From: a virus | Length of the DNA stretch: 64,000 nt | Strand: one strand, 5' to 3' | Virus record (IMG/VR): IMGVR_UViG_3300035698_026135 | Span: 32,001-96,000 of that record | Shown: positions 1 to 10,156 of the stretch, in pieces | Layout: each line of letters begins with the position of its first letter | Numbering within the stretch: the stretch's first letter is position 1 | Notes under the pieces: generated by a model | Told to the model about the DNA's origin: nothing | Database searches by the model: none | What the model saw: the letters and a program-made list of their open reading frames with translations, nothing else | Translations under genes and position numbers: made by a program

Positions 1-2
1 TG

Positions 3-2033
3 TTGGACGAAAACTTCACGGCACACGCTAGAGATTTTGATTCTTTGGAAAATCCTGATTTTGCCGAATATCAAACAAAACTATCTTCGCATTATAAACT
101 CGCCGACTTTACGTCCTCGACCTCAGGCGGCGGACCAATTCACGATTATGCAAACGGAGAAGCCGGAGCCACATATGAGGGATTTTCGTCAAGCGCAGCT
201 TTTAATTTTCCCGGCCTCTACATTGATAAACTTGAGCCTTCATACTCTTATGATTTGGCAATCAATAACGACAAGATAAGAATAAGAGATAGAGACAATT
301 TCACAAAACAAGACATAATAAGAGATATACCGTATGTGTCCGTTGATATATCTCCTGTAGCATCCCTAAACAAAGAGATAATTAAATGGTTTGGAGATCT
401 AGAAAAGTTTAGCAATCTCATAGGCAAGCCGTATCTTCGCTATCGAGAGGAGGTTGATACCCTCAACAGCTTGAGATATTCCTTTTTTGAAAATAGACTA
501 AATTCAAAAATTGATTTTGAATCCTATTTCAATGTACTGAAGTGGTTTGATTCAAATTTCACCTACTTCCTGAAACAGCTTATACCTCTAGATTTGATTT
601 CAAGTCTTTCTAGTTTTGTTGTTGAGTCGCACCTTCTTGAATACAATCAGGTTCCTCGTATATTTCCGTTCAAGAGAAGGAATAACTCCTTTGATCTCAC
701 AGGCGCCATAAGCGCCCAACCACTGCTTGATATAGCGCTCACAGCCGACGACCTACCCTTTGCGGACCCAGGCCGCTACGGAGCTGCTGTGAGCGCCAGT
801 GGCGAGTTTGTGTCTGAGCTATTGTTTGATACAACTTCCTCTGTCTCGGGAGCCAGAGGAATATCGTTCAATAATCGTATGATAAGAAAGATTTGTACGG
901 ACATGATGCAAGCGGACTCTGCATCCTCTTCCCCTCCGGGTTATGGTAACGGATTTTATACTCTCACCATTACTGGGTCTGAATATGAAAAAAATACTTA
1001 TAGTGCGATAGAAAATTTTCACATTTCCGGGGTCAACCATGGCGGCGCAGTCGGCGCGCATCCGGAATACCTCCACATGATGACGGCACCTATTAATACC
1101 CACTATACCGGAGCGATCAATGGAGTATTCGATCAAGGTTGGCTATGGACAGAAGCTTTATATAGCGAATTCTCAGCCAGCAACGTTTACATCCGTCCGG
1201 CCTTGGAGAACAGGTATTTCTCAGGAGCAGGGTATCCCTTCGCCGCTCTCCCAAGGGGTATTAAATACGGCGGCGCCTGGGGTCAACTTTTCTCCTTTAG
1301 TCAAAAGGGAGCACACTCTGTTTTTACGACCTTTAGTGGCACAGAAGGCGGGTCATCCAGCCAAACTAAAAGTTTTACAAATGTAAATTTTGTATCAAAC
1401 GCCAAGAATCCCACTTCAACAATAAGGGTAAGAGAGTCGTCAGAAGATTATAAAGAATTTATTCTTTGGCCTAACGAAGAGACCCATGAGCCCATTCTCA
1501 TCAAAAAGGTCGGCGCACTACAAACCGGATCTATTTCAACGACCGACATAACGGGAAAGGAGGTTTTAAAAGAGGCGAGTTTCCTAGGGAGCACGATAGA
1601 AACGGAAGGATTTAGAGATTTCTCTCTAAGTATTCTTGGGAAAAATCTTTGGGCGGATGACAGTCAAAAGATAGTCTTCAAAGTTAAATACCAATTTTAC
1701 GACACCCTTGGCGGAATCAATCGCTTCGAGGCGATATCGTCAGGCTCCATTGTTGTTGCGACTGGAGACGAAGATGACATTCTTGCCAAAACGACTGAAA
1801 TCGAACACGAATATTCCCTGGCCTACAGTGGAGCTTTAGATAAACAAAATGAGTTTGTTTTGCAGACCAATAGAAATATACCTTCAACAAAATATATGAG
1901 AACATTTATTAGAGTCGAATATCCCGACAATGCAGCCACAGAGTGTGGATATAAGATTAAGATTGTCGGCCGCCTAAAAAAGAATTTAGATCCATCAAAC
2001 GATAAGGTTTTTACACTACTGGAAAATAAATAA
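3..2033 (+). CDS. C-terminal part of a large virion structural (baseplate wedge-like) protein; 5' end outside window
   Basis: Open from the window edge; S/G/T-rich; coupled (TAATG) to the downstream structural cluster. Confidence 0.5.
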   Translation: MDENFTAHARDFDSLENPDFAEYQTKLSSHYKLADFTSSTSGGGPIHDYANGEAGATYEGFSSSAAFNFPGLYIDKLEPSYSYDLAINNDKIRIRDRDNFTKQDIIRDIPYVSVDISPVASLNKEIIKWFGDLEKFSNLIGKPYLRYREEVDTLNSLRYSFFENRLNSKIDFESYFNVLKWFDSNFTYFLKQLIPLDLISSLSSFVVESHLLEYNQVPRIFPFKRRNNSFDLTGAISAQPLLDIALTADDLPFADPGRYGAAVSASGEFVSELLFDTTSSVSGARGISFNNRMIRKICTDMMQADSASSSPPGYGNGFYTLTITGSEYEKNTYSAIENFHISGVNHGGAVGAHPEYLHMMTAPINTHYTGAINGVFDQGWLWTEALYSEFSASNVYIRPALENRYFSGAGYPFAALPRGIKYGGAWGQLFSFSQKGAHSVFTTFSGTEGGSSSQTKSFTNVNFVSNAKNPTSTIRVRESSEDYKEFILWPNEETHEPILIKKVGALQTGSISTTDITGKEVLKEASFLGSTIETEGFRDFSLSILGKNLWADDSQKIVFKVKYQFYDTLGGINRFEAISSGSIVVATGDEDDILAKTTEIEHEYSLAYSGALDKQNEFVLQTNRNIPSTKYMRTFIRVEYPDNAATECGYKIKIVGRLKKNLDPSNDKVFTLLENK

Positions 2034-2272
2034 TGGCATTCCTGGACCCAAAAGAAGAACTATTAAAAATAATACTAACTGACTACGGAAGAAAAAAGCT
2101 TTCGATGGGCGGCCTGGATATTAAATACTATGCCTTTGCTGATGATGAGGTAGATTATACTAATCGCGACACACCTTTAGTCCCAGGCTCAATATTATAT
2201 GCCTCTCTCGCTAATGATGAGGGCGAAGTTTTGATGAATGATGAGGGAGAAATAATTTACGTTATTATTTAA
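2033..2272 (+). CDS. Small structural protein, paralog of the N-terminus of 8324..9040
   Basis: MAFLD..ILTDYGRKKL..YAFADDEVDY matches MAFID..VLTDAGREKL..YAFGDDEIDY. Confidence 0.65.
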   Translation: MAFLDPKEELLKIILTDYGRKKLSMGGLDIKYYAFADDEVDYTNRDTPLVPGSILYASLANDEGEVLMNDEGEIIYVII

Positions 2273-2277
2273 TATAA

Positions 2278-2916
2278 ATGGCAAACAATGAACTAACAGG
2301 CTCCGAAACTCATAGATTTTCAAGCATTCATCAAAATTGGCTTATTTTTGAGCCGATGTCTGCGCACGAAAATTCTTTAAATAGTCGTCTCTATACGGTT
2401 CCACTCGGACAAACCAAGAAGCCCGAGCTATACATCTCTACTGGCTCTGTCTCTAGTGTGTCGGGAACAATAACAATAGAGAAAGATATTCATATTTTTG
2501 ATGATGAAGGAGAGGCCGTTGAATTTTTGTCAGAATTAGGAGAGGATTCGATTGCGTCCTATAAGGAGACTAAGGTTTCCGACAAAATAAATGGAGACGT
2601 TGTGCTTTTTGAGATTCACGTTATAAATTATCCGGTAATCGAGTTTGATCTAAATTTTCGAGAGAGGGATGTAGAGAAAGGTTTTGTCGTCGAGCCTTTC
2701 AGAAGCGGAAGCATTTTTGATACAGGCGAAATTGTTAGTTTAGAGCCGGTAACCAGAGAGCTTAATTTTGACCAACAAGGCCGCCTAATTACAGATACAT
2801 ATTTGAGATTTTTTTCAATCACAACCGACGAAGATAACGAAGTGGAAAATACCACAAAGCCTACTGAAAATGTTGACGACGACGAACGAATATCTGATAC
2901 CGATGGGGCACTATAA
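2278..2916 (+). CDS. Structural protein, resembling the continuation of 8324..9040
   Basis: LIFEPMSAHENSLNSRLYTV vs PLFEANVNEKIALNYPLMII; motif TTATTTAA upstream. Confidence 0.5.
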   Translation: MANNELTGSETHRFSSIHQNWLIFEPMSAHENSLNSRLYTVPLGQTKKPELYISTGSVSSVSGTITIEKDIHIFDDEGEAVEFLSELGEDSIASYKETKVSDKINGDVVLFEIHVINYPVIEFDLNFRERDVEKGFVVEPFRSGSIFDTGEIVSLEPVTRELNFDQQGRLITDTYLRFFSITTDEDNEVENTTKPTENVDDDERISDTDGAL

Positions 2917-4448
2917 TGAGTATTTTTGATGTCGCTGGAGCACTGAGCAAAAAGAGGGAATCTAAGACCCCAAAAATTAATACCTTTTCTGTCCAAAGGA
3001 ACCTTACGTTCAGGGGATATAAATGCACTTTGAATTGGGAGTCTGACGACAGGAGAATTGTAGGATTTAGAGTTTATAGATCTCGCTCGCAAAAAGTGAT
3101 GCTCAACAGAAGTTATAAAATATCTCAGCTTGCACTAGAAAGGCTATCGACAGTCAAGGCATTTGCCTTGCCGAATTCGACTCTGTTTGACAAGCAGATA
3201 TTTAGCCAAAACTCAAAACTAAAGTTCGAAAACTCTAAATCTACACGATATACAAAGCCAGATGAAGATAATAATGCCAGAGCACACGAATATGAAGAAG
3301 TTGGATTCGTGAAGAGGTCTTCGGACGGAGTTTATACATTCGAAGACAAAAGAGTGAAGTTTGGAGAGACCTACTGCTATGTGATATCGGCCATCGGCCT
3401 ACAAGGCTTTGGTTCGGAGAAGTCTAGTCCAGTTACCGTGAGAATAGAAGATCTAGATTTCCCAGACGCCCCAGCAAACGTCGTATTGACAGAAGGAGCA
3501 GGGAGCATACAGATTGAAATCTGCTCAGAGACAACCGCAAAAGATGTTGAATATTTTGATATATATAAGAGAGACGCAACAGGAAAGGAAGACTTTAAAA
3601 GCATAGGGAAAGTTAAGCTTGGAGGCACTTCCGTCTCCCTGTTTATAGATTCCGAAATTCTCCCAGGCAAGAGATATGAATATAAAATTTATTCCGTTGA
3701 CCTCTTTGGCAACTTCTCTTTGACTGCCAAACAAAACAATGCAAGCTATTTGGGAAACCTAGAAAGAAGGTTGGATATTCCAAATCCGAAATATAAAATC
3801 AGCATTGACTCAATTGGAAATGTTATTTTTTCCGGAGAGAAAAATAGTGACAAAATTATCGGCTATAGAATAGAGAGAAAGGATGCCTGGAGATTTCAAC
3901 AACGTTTTGAATCTAAAACATTGCTCCAAAAGCCGTGGCCATCCGTTGTCAAATTTGACGAAAACGGAGAGATGGAATTTGTTGACAATCGAGCACAACA
4001 AGGCCGAGCCTATCAATATAGAATATCTTCAATAAAGAAAAACGGCCGCCCGGCAACATTCTCTATTACGCCACACATCAGAATAGAGGATGGATATCAA
4101 TTCCCTCCCAGCGGCAGCGCAGGAATCCAAGAGACCGGCGAAGTGGAATTTACAAGACTTAAGGCTAACGCTGTAGAGACCAAACAAAATCCAATATATA
4201 CAAAGCTGCAATGGGAAATAAAAGGAAGTTGGGAATATTTACTTCTAGAAATAAGAGATGCAAAATTGGATCCAGACCCAAATCCCAAAATTGTCAAGAT
4301 AGACAATATAACAGAGAGAAATTTTGTTTTTATCAACAGTCTCAATAGAGATAGGCAATATATCCTAACGGCTAAGATATATGATGTTTTTGATAATCTG
4401 GTTGGAGAATCAAGCTCTCCTATGAATAGAGTGAGGATATCAATATAA
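2916..4448 (+). CDS. Fibronectin type III-like repeat virion protein
   Basis: Repeated GFRVYRS / F.D..V..G..Y.Y.I patterns (three units). Confidence 0.65.
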   Translation: MSIFDVAGALSKKRESKTPKINTFSVQRNLTFRGYKCTLNWESDDRRIVGFRVYRSRSQKVMLNRSYKISQLALERLSTVKAFALPNSTLFDKQIFSQNSKLKFENSKSTRYTKPDEDNNARAHEYEEVGFVKRSSDGVYTFEDKRVKFGETYCYVISAIGLQGFGSEKSSPVTVRIEDLDFPDAPANVVLTEGAGSIQIEICSETTAKDVEYFDIYKRDATGKEDFKSIGKVKLGGTSVSLFIDSEILPGKRYEYKIYSVDLFGNFSLTAKQNNASYLGNLERRLDIPNPKYKISIDSIGNVIFSGEKNSDKIIGYRIERKDAWRFQQRFESKTLLQKPWPSVVKFDENGEMEFVDNRAQQGRAYQYRISSIKKNGRPATFSITPHIRIEDGYQFPPSGSAGIQETGEVEFTRLKANAVETKQNPIYTKLQWEIKGSWEYLLLEIRDAKLDPDPNPKIVKIDNITERNFVFINSLNRDRQYILTAKIYDVFDNLVGESSSPMNRVRISI

Positions 4449-5554
4449 TGGCCTATTTCCCCTTACGTTATGCCTCTCTATATTCTTCTACTCTATACAA
4501 AAAGGCGGCGACAGTAAACAACGTCACCGTGGCGCAAAAAGCCACTGTCTCAACGACCCTCGCTAAAGCTTTCCCGACCGTGTTATTAACACAGATGCTC
4601 AGTGCCGCACCTAGTCTCACTCCCGTTCTCTCGAAACCCGGTGGTACAACCGCAGCCATTACGTCTCCAACGACTGCAACTGCAATCTCTCCAGTTCGTT
4701 TTTTCAGCGGAATAAATGCCGCAGCGACCGCCACCGCACCACTCCAAAACATTCAAGCTGCAACCACAACCGCAACCGCAGCCATCAAGACTTCGACCGC
4801 TGCGAACATGATTCAAATGCCGTCCGCAGGCGTACTAGAGGCACACAACCAAAAGCTCGGAGCAAAAACAGGTGGTCATTCTCTACTTTTTACTTCAGGA
4901 AAGAAGAATGGCGGCATCCTCACCAAAGAAGAGACGGGGAGTCTTTTTGATTTTTCTAAAAAGAAGCCCTCAAACAAGATTCAGATTTCAACAGATGTAC
5001 TCCTTGACACTCGCGAAGCTAAATCTGTTGAAAGGGGAGCCCCGGAGATCCCCCCAGAAGAAAAGGAATTCCAAAGCGACCCTCCAGAGATGAAACTCGC
5101 CGAGAACGAAAAACCCAGAATTTTATCTATTATCGAAGAAAATTTCCGCGACAATGGAGTTCCAGAAAAGATTGTTTTGGTAGTTAAAAAACTCTTCGTT
5201 GGCAAAAAATGGATACCTAAAGGGTATAGGATATTGAAAAAATCTGTCTTCACAGATGAGGATTACACCGAAATCGCACGCCTTGAAGCTAGCCAACCAA
5301 TACCGCAAAGATACCGCAGAACAATTAAAGATGCCGGCCTCAGTATTGAGGACGTCTTCCTCTATGTGGACAACAATATCGAGTCAGGCCAGGTATATGC
5401 CTATAAAATAAGGGCAGAATACGAATCGGTAGCAGAATTAGTTACAGACTTTGTGGTTGCAAACATTACCGCCAATATTGGACTCAACACGTTCAATCTT
5501 CTTCAATTAACTCAGGCTCAACAGGCCGCAGAAAGCAAGAGAATACTTAGATAA
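4448..5554 (+). CDS. Ala/Thr-rich protein with a C-terminal FN3-like domain
   Basis: Low-complexity A/T N-terminus; GYRILK..YVDNNIESGQVYAYKIRA. Confidence 0.55.
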   Translation: MAYFPLRYASLYSSTLYKKAATVNNVTVAQKATVSTTLAKAFPTVLLTQMLSAAPSLTPVLSKPGGTTAAITSPTTATAISPVRFFSGINAAATATAPLQNIQAATTTATAAIKTSTAANMIQMPSAGVLEAHNQKLGAKTGGHSLLFTSGKKNGGILTKEETGSLFDFSKKKPSNKIQISTDVLLDTREAKSVERGAPEIPPEEKEFQSDPPEMKLAENEKPRILSIIEENFRDNGVPEKIVLVVKKLFVGKKWIPKGYRILKKSVFTDEDYTEIARLEASQPIPQRYRRTIKDAGLSIEDVFLYVDNNIESGQVYAYKIRAEYESVAELVTDFVVANITANIGLNTFNLLQLTQAQQAAESKRILR

Positions 5555-5555
5555 G

Positions 5556-8222
5556 ATGCCATCAATAAAAATACAAAATGTAGACAAGGCAGAGGTTCAA
5601 GTAAGAAATCTCTCCATTCCGCCGCCCGATTCAACTGCGGAGGTTGATCTTCGCCAATCTCTGTCCAACACACAAATACGTTCAGTTTTAGGCCCCGGCC
5701 AAGCTTTTTCGTTAACCAACAAGCTTAAAATAGAATTTATTCCCACAAAAAACACGGCCTCACCCGAGAAAGATAACGTATTTTGGGAAGATACCATACT
5801 CGAAGGAATAGGAGCATGGGATGCCGGCCTGTGGTTTAAAGACAAAAACGAAGTTGTCTCTTTCGATCGAGACTTGTACTCTATCGTCTTCCGTGGCCCC
5901 GTAAAAGTAACCCTGAACGGAACGGAGGCTGAACTTGAAATTTCCGACAATTTTAAAAATTATGTAAAAGATTATTTTAAGGGACGAGGAATCAATATTC
6001 CGACCGTAGGATTTCTGAGCCTAAAAATAGAGAGTCATCCTATCGATGTTAATGATGACCTTCAAGACAATCGAAGGGTTGACTACCTTCTGATAAAAAC
6101 CTCCTTTGATCCTCTTGTTATAGAGGGAGATATTGACGAAGCAAATCTCACAAAAGTTCCAGAAAGAGAGCAATGTGAGGTTCGCCCCGTAAAAATGCCC
6201 GATGGCTCCACCAGATATGTGAAAGTCAAACCCGCAAGAAAGAAGTCTGTCCCAGTAACTGCGGCCGAAAGATTCGCGGAGGCCCGCGAAAACGCCACTC
6301 TAGCATATTATGAAACAGAACCCTTTGCATATGAATCCTTGCAAGTTCCTTTGTTGTCCGGACATTTTGTTTATAATTTTTTTGAAGCCAGCGAAGAGTC
6401 CTCGGAGGTCGCCCGCCGTAGAAACTATAAACTAAAAAAAAAGAGAGATATACCCAAATATATACAGTTGAAATGGAGCCCATCTCCTGCCGTTTTGGTG
6501 GTTAAGCCCTCTCCTCCTCCATCAAAATCGCCTACCACCACCAATATTATAAAAACATTTTCACAACAAAAGATAGAACAACAGAAAAAGGGTGTACCTG
6601 TTGATCAATTAAAGAAGGATCCATCGAGATATAGCGAAATAGCTTCTATACCAGCAAAAGATACCTCCGGAATTCAGGCCGTCAACTCCCAAAACAATCA
6701 ATCATCGACTGGCAACTCCACATATTCCTCTCTTATTGGATATTACGGAGGAACAAAGACCAAAACAGAAACCGCAGCCTATACGGGAACTTCTTATTCT
6801 TTGAATGGTACCAATTTGGCCCTTGGCGGGTATAAAAACGAATCAGAGGCGATACTGTCATCAAACACGAGAACTGGAAACCTACTGAAGGCCCAAGTGG
6901 CAGAGAGAGCGTCAGCAGAAGCCATTAAAACCGCCACACTTGAGACCAACAAGACCACTGCGGGTTTCGTTGCCAACAAAGTCCAGACCCTCGCCCGCCC
7001 ACTCAGATCCGCAGGGCAAGAGATTGAATTTGTCGACACGAGCGCCCGCGAACTAGCCGGAGCTTTTGATACCGACTCTTCTCTGTTTGTTGATGGCGAT
7101 CAATTTCAGGGCGTTTCAGATAGAGAAAATCAAATTATCGACAACCTAGTAAAGCTTACAGACCAACCTGATGCCATCGCGGGACCAAACGAGTTCTCTA
7201 GGTATATAGGCTACATCCTTCTGAAAGAGGTATTCAACCCGGAGACAGATCAGTACGATGCCGTCGACCTTCTTGTGGCTCTCGATCGAAGAAAGAGCGA
7301 GATTGTCGATACCAAAGTCTCTTATGATAACACGTATCGATACAAGATTAGGTCTGTCTATAAATTTATCAATGTTGACGAACTTCCCCTTTTTCGGGAT
7401 AAGGATTCCGTGATCACTCGCGATGTCAAAACCGTCTATAACGATGGAGTAACTCTAAAACACGCATATTACTTCGATTCAAAATTTTCAAATTCTATAG
7501 AAGTAACATGCTTGGATGATCGACGACCTGATCCTCCCTATTCCATCAAGATTAATCCAAACTCCAAAAAGAATGAAATATTTATCTCTTGGTCTCAAAG
7601 ATTTCAGAGTAAAGATATCGTAGGATATCACATTTACAGAAGAGAGAACGTAAAAGGCTCTACATTTAAAAGGATTAACAGAAGTTTGATTCCTCCTAGA
7701 AACAACTTTTTTGTTGACAGCTTAATCAAAAGGGACGTTGAATATATTTATACTATAGAAACCTTGGATGTTCATGATAACGAATCCAAATTATCGATTC
7801 AGAATATTGCGTCTACTAGATCTCAAGATTTTTCCCTAGGAAGAGTAGAGAATCCAATAAAGGTTCATCTAAACCAAGAAATCGAGTTTGATGAGGTTGT
7901 CGCAATCAAAAAGAGTGATATAATAAAGCTGAAAACGAATATCAAGATTGCAATTAATCCAATTTTCTTAAATTTGGATCGAGAATCAAACTATTTACTC
8001 AACATTAAGTCTTTAGACACTTTTGATGAAAAGGAAATTAAGTTAAATTTTAAAACGAAAATAATTAATCATAGAAAGGTTTTAGCTAGTAGTGATGAGT
8101 TTGAACGACAAAAAGAGAAAATCTCCAAAAGCTTTGAAATCAACCAACAAGGCCGCTACGGGATCACCGAAGAAGAGGCTCAACGTTTAACTAACAGAAG
8201 AAAGGAAGAATTTGATGAGTAA
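5556..8222 (+). CDS. Large virion protein with FN3-like domains
   Basis: GYHIYRR..FVDSLIKRDVEYIYTI and VDTKVSYDNTYRYKIR units. Confidence 0.6.
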   Translation: MPSIKIQNVDKAEVQVRNLSIPPPDSTAEVDLRQSLSNTQIRSVLGPGQAFSLTNKLKIEFIPTKNTASPEKDNVFWEDTILEGIGAWDAGLWFKDKNEVVSFDRDLYSIVFRGPVKVTLNGTEAELEISDNFKNYVKDYFKGRGINIPTVGFLSLKIESHPIDVNDDLQDNRRVDYLLIKTSFDPLVIEGDIDEANLTKVPEREQCEVRPVKMPDGSTRYVKVKPARKKSVPVTAAERFAEARENATLAYYETEPFAYESLQVPLLSGHFVYNFFEASEESSEVARRRNYKLKKKRDIPKYIQLKWSPSPAVLVVKPSPPPSKSPTTTNIIKTFSQQKIEQQKKGVPVDQLKKDPSRYSEIASIPAKDTSGIQAVNSQNNQSSTGNSTYSSLIGYYGGTKTKTETAAYTGTSYSLNGTNLALGGYKNESEAILSSNTRTGNLLKAQVAERASAEAIKTATLETNKTTAGFVANKVQTLARPLRSAGQEIEFVDTSARELAGAFDTDSSLFVDGDQFQGVSDRENQIIDNLVKLTDQPDAIAGPNEFSRYIGYILLKEVFNPETDQYDAVDLLVALDRRKSEIVDTKVSYDNTYRYKIRSVYKFINVDELPLFRDKDSVITRDVKTVYNDGVTLKHAYYFDSKFSNSIEVTCLDDRRPDPPYSIKINPNSKKNEIFISWSQRFQSKDIVGYHIYRRENVKGSTFKRINRSLIPPRNNFFVDSLIKRDVEYIYTIETLDVHDNESKLSIQNIASTRSQDFSLGRVENPIKVHLNQEIEFDEVVAIKKSDIIKLKTNIKIAINPIFLNLDRESNYLLNIKSLDTFDEKEIKLNFKTKIINHRKVLASSDEFERQKEKISKSFEINQQGRYGITEEEAQRLTNRRKEEFDE

Positions 8223-8266
8223 GAATATATATAACAAGACAGAGAAAGTAAAGATCGTCAAACTTC

Positions 8267-8295
8267 TTGACGGACTTTTTGGAAAGTTTGATAAT
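8267..8295 (+). promoter_or_regulatory. Possible sigma70-type promoter TTGACG-N17-GATAAT overlapping the palindrome CGTCAA-N5-TTGACG
   Basis: Direct reading of intergenic 8223-8323. Confidence 0.35.
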
Positions 8296-8323
8296 AATAT
8301 CAAATATTTAGGAGAAAAATAAC

Positions 8324-9040
8324 TTGGCGTTTATAGATCGATCAGGCGACATAATAGTAGATGCGGTGCTCACCGACGCCGGAAGAGAGAAATTAGCACG
8401 TAATGACGGCTCTTTTAGAATCGTAGGATATGCATTTGGCGACGACGAAATAGATTATACCCTATTTAATCCCACGACAGGCTCGGCATTTCAGGATGAA
8501 GAAATTCTAGAAACACCCCTATTTGAGGCTAATGTTAATGAAAAGATTGCCTTAAATTACCCTTTAATGATTATTTCAAATCCTAATTTGAAATATCTTC
8601 CAACTTTATCTCCGGACAACAACCAAGTTAATGTAGGCGAAGAGAAAGGCCTCTCTTCAGGCGTTACTTTAAGGTTTTTTCAGAATACAAATCAGAATGC
8701 TCGCGTTGTTCCTGTAGAGATTCAAGATTCAGGATTTAGAATCGAGATGTCACACGAATTATTGCAGGTTGAAGACGATTCTCCCGTGGATATAACTCCA
8801 TATGGAACTTCCATATACATAAGACAGCGAGACCCGCAGCTAATCCAGGCTACACAGGGGTCTCAAATCACCCTGAAGATCCGCCCCCAGTCTCTAAGCA
8901 ATACGACCTGGGATACTTTTGGCGTGGTCGGGTCGGGCGGAACCAAAAGAGATATAACAACAAAAGTTAAGGCGACCGGACTAAACTCGGGTCTATCCGC
9001 AGAAGTCACTATTGTGATAAATGAAGAATTTAATAGATAA
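8324..9040 (+). CDS. Baseplate/tail-associated structural protein
   Basis: TTG start with AGGAG RBS; LTDAGREKL motif like the N-terminus of tail-collar fibre proteins. Confidence 0.55.
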   Translation: MAFIDRSGDIIVDAVLTDAGREKLARNDGSFRIVGYAFGDDEIDYTLFNPTTGSAFQDEEILETPLFEANVNEKIALNYPLMIISNPNLKYLPTLSPDNNQVNVGEEKGLSSGVTLRFFQNTNQNARVVPVEIQDSGFRIEMSHELLQVEDDSPVDITPYGTSIYIRQRDPQLIQATQGSQITLKIRPQSLSNTTWDTFGVVGSGGTKRDITTKVKATGLNSGLSAEVTIVINEEFNR

Positions 9041-9058
9041 GGGAGATTTATATAAGAA

Positions 9059-10144
9059 ATGTTTAAAAATCTAGATACAGCAAGAGATATCGTCAATCAA
9101 CTCGCAACAGTCAATGAGGTTGCGGTTTATGGTCCCGGAGTCTTTACGGGCTCCTCGGGAGCGAACGGCGAATATAACGTCAAGAAGTTCAATCATTGGA
9201 CCTCTGGCTCCACAACTCCCGAATCAGGTAGCTATTATCACGCTGTTTATTCTGACAATTATTCCGGCTCGTTTTCTGTCGAGTTGGCAAATATTTCTTT
9301 TGGATATTCTATTTCCTCCTCTTTCTATGTGAGTAGAAGTCTCGCCGGAGATTTTGTTCACGCTACCAACTTTCAAGAAAAGAACAGGATTTATAAACTT
9401 TATGCAAAACAGCTCCTCGGAGACGAAAAGTCTCTTTTCTCAATAGGTGGGTCTACGCGTAATGAACTTATCTTCCTGTCTCTTAGGCGAAGTCAATATA
9501 AAGACGAACTTAAAAAAGGTACCGTCGCGATACAAATGATGGCATCTGGAACAGCAAGACCAGCTGGAGGCGCAAACGAAGAAAGAAATAATCAAGTTTT
9601 TATCGACGAAGGAGCATCAACAGCATTTTCTCGCGGGAATCGTGGAGATTATGCATCTCTAACGTCAGGAAGTCTTACGGGCGGCCTCGTGTTTTATCAG
9701 GCTGGAATCGTAGCGCTTGTTCCAGAGATCATTAGTAATACTAGCTCGCTTGCCACGAATCCCGGAAACGAATGGTCCGGATCTAACGACTATCTGTCGA
9801 TGGTCGTGTCTGGTGGAGAGGGAAATTTTGACGATCTACTAAATGCGGTTCGATATAGACTTATAAATCTATCTGTCGTAAATCAGTCTAATCTACATTC
9901 CACTTTCTATTTCTGTCGCGCATTGAATGATGAGTTTAATTATTCTTCCAATCCAACCTTTATAGACTCAGCAGGAAGAATCCTTCCCACCTCTGGAAAC
10001 ACAGACCTCAATACAAGAACTTACATCACCAAAGTTGGCCTCATGGGCGAAAATAGCGAAATGCTCGCTATGGCATCTTTATCTAGACCCTTAAAGAAAA
10101 CTCCAGAATCCGAACTGGTAATAAAGGTAAGACTAGATTATTAG
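9059..10144 (+). CDS. Baseplate/tail structural protein, paralog family member 1
   Basis: C-terminal EFNYSSNPTF..YITKVGL..LSRPLKK..VRLDY shared with the next two genes. Confidence 0.6.
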   Translation: MFKNLDTARDIVNQLATVNEVAVYGPGVFTGSSGANGEYNVKKFNHWTSGSTTPESGSYYHAVYSDNYSGSFSVELANISFGYSISSSFYVSRSLAGDFVHATNFQEKNRIYKLYAKQLLGDEKSLFSIGGSTRNELIFLSLRRSQYKDELKKGTVAIQMMASGTARPAGGANEERNNQVFIDEGASTAFSRGNRGDYASLTSGSLTGGLVFYQAGIVALVPEIISNTSSLATNPGNEWSGSNDYLSMVVSGGEGNFDDLLNAVRYRLINLSVVNQSNLHSTFYFCRALNDEFNYSSNPTFIDSAGRILPTSGNTDLNTRTYITKVGLMGENSEMLAMASLSRPLKKTPESELVIKVRLDY

Positions 10145-10156
10145 AGATGTCTCAAA

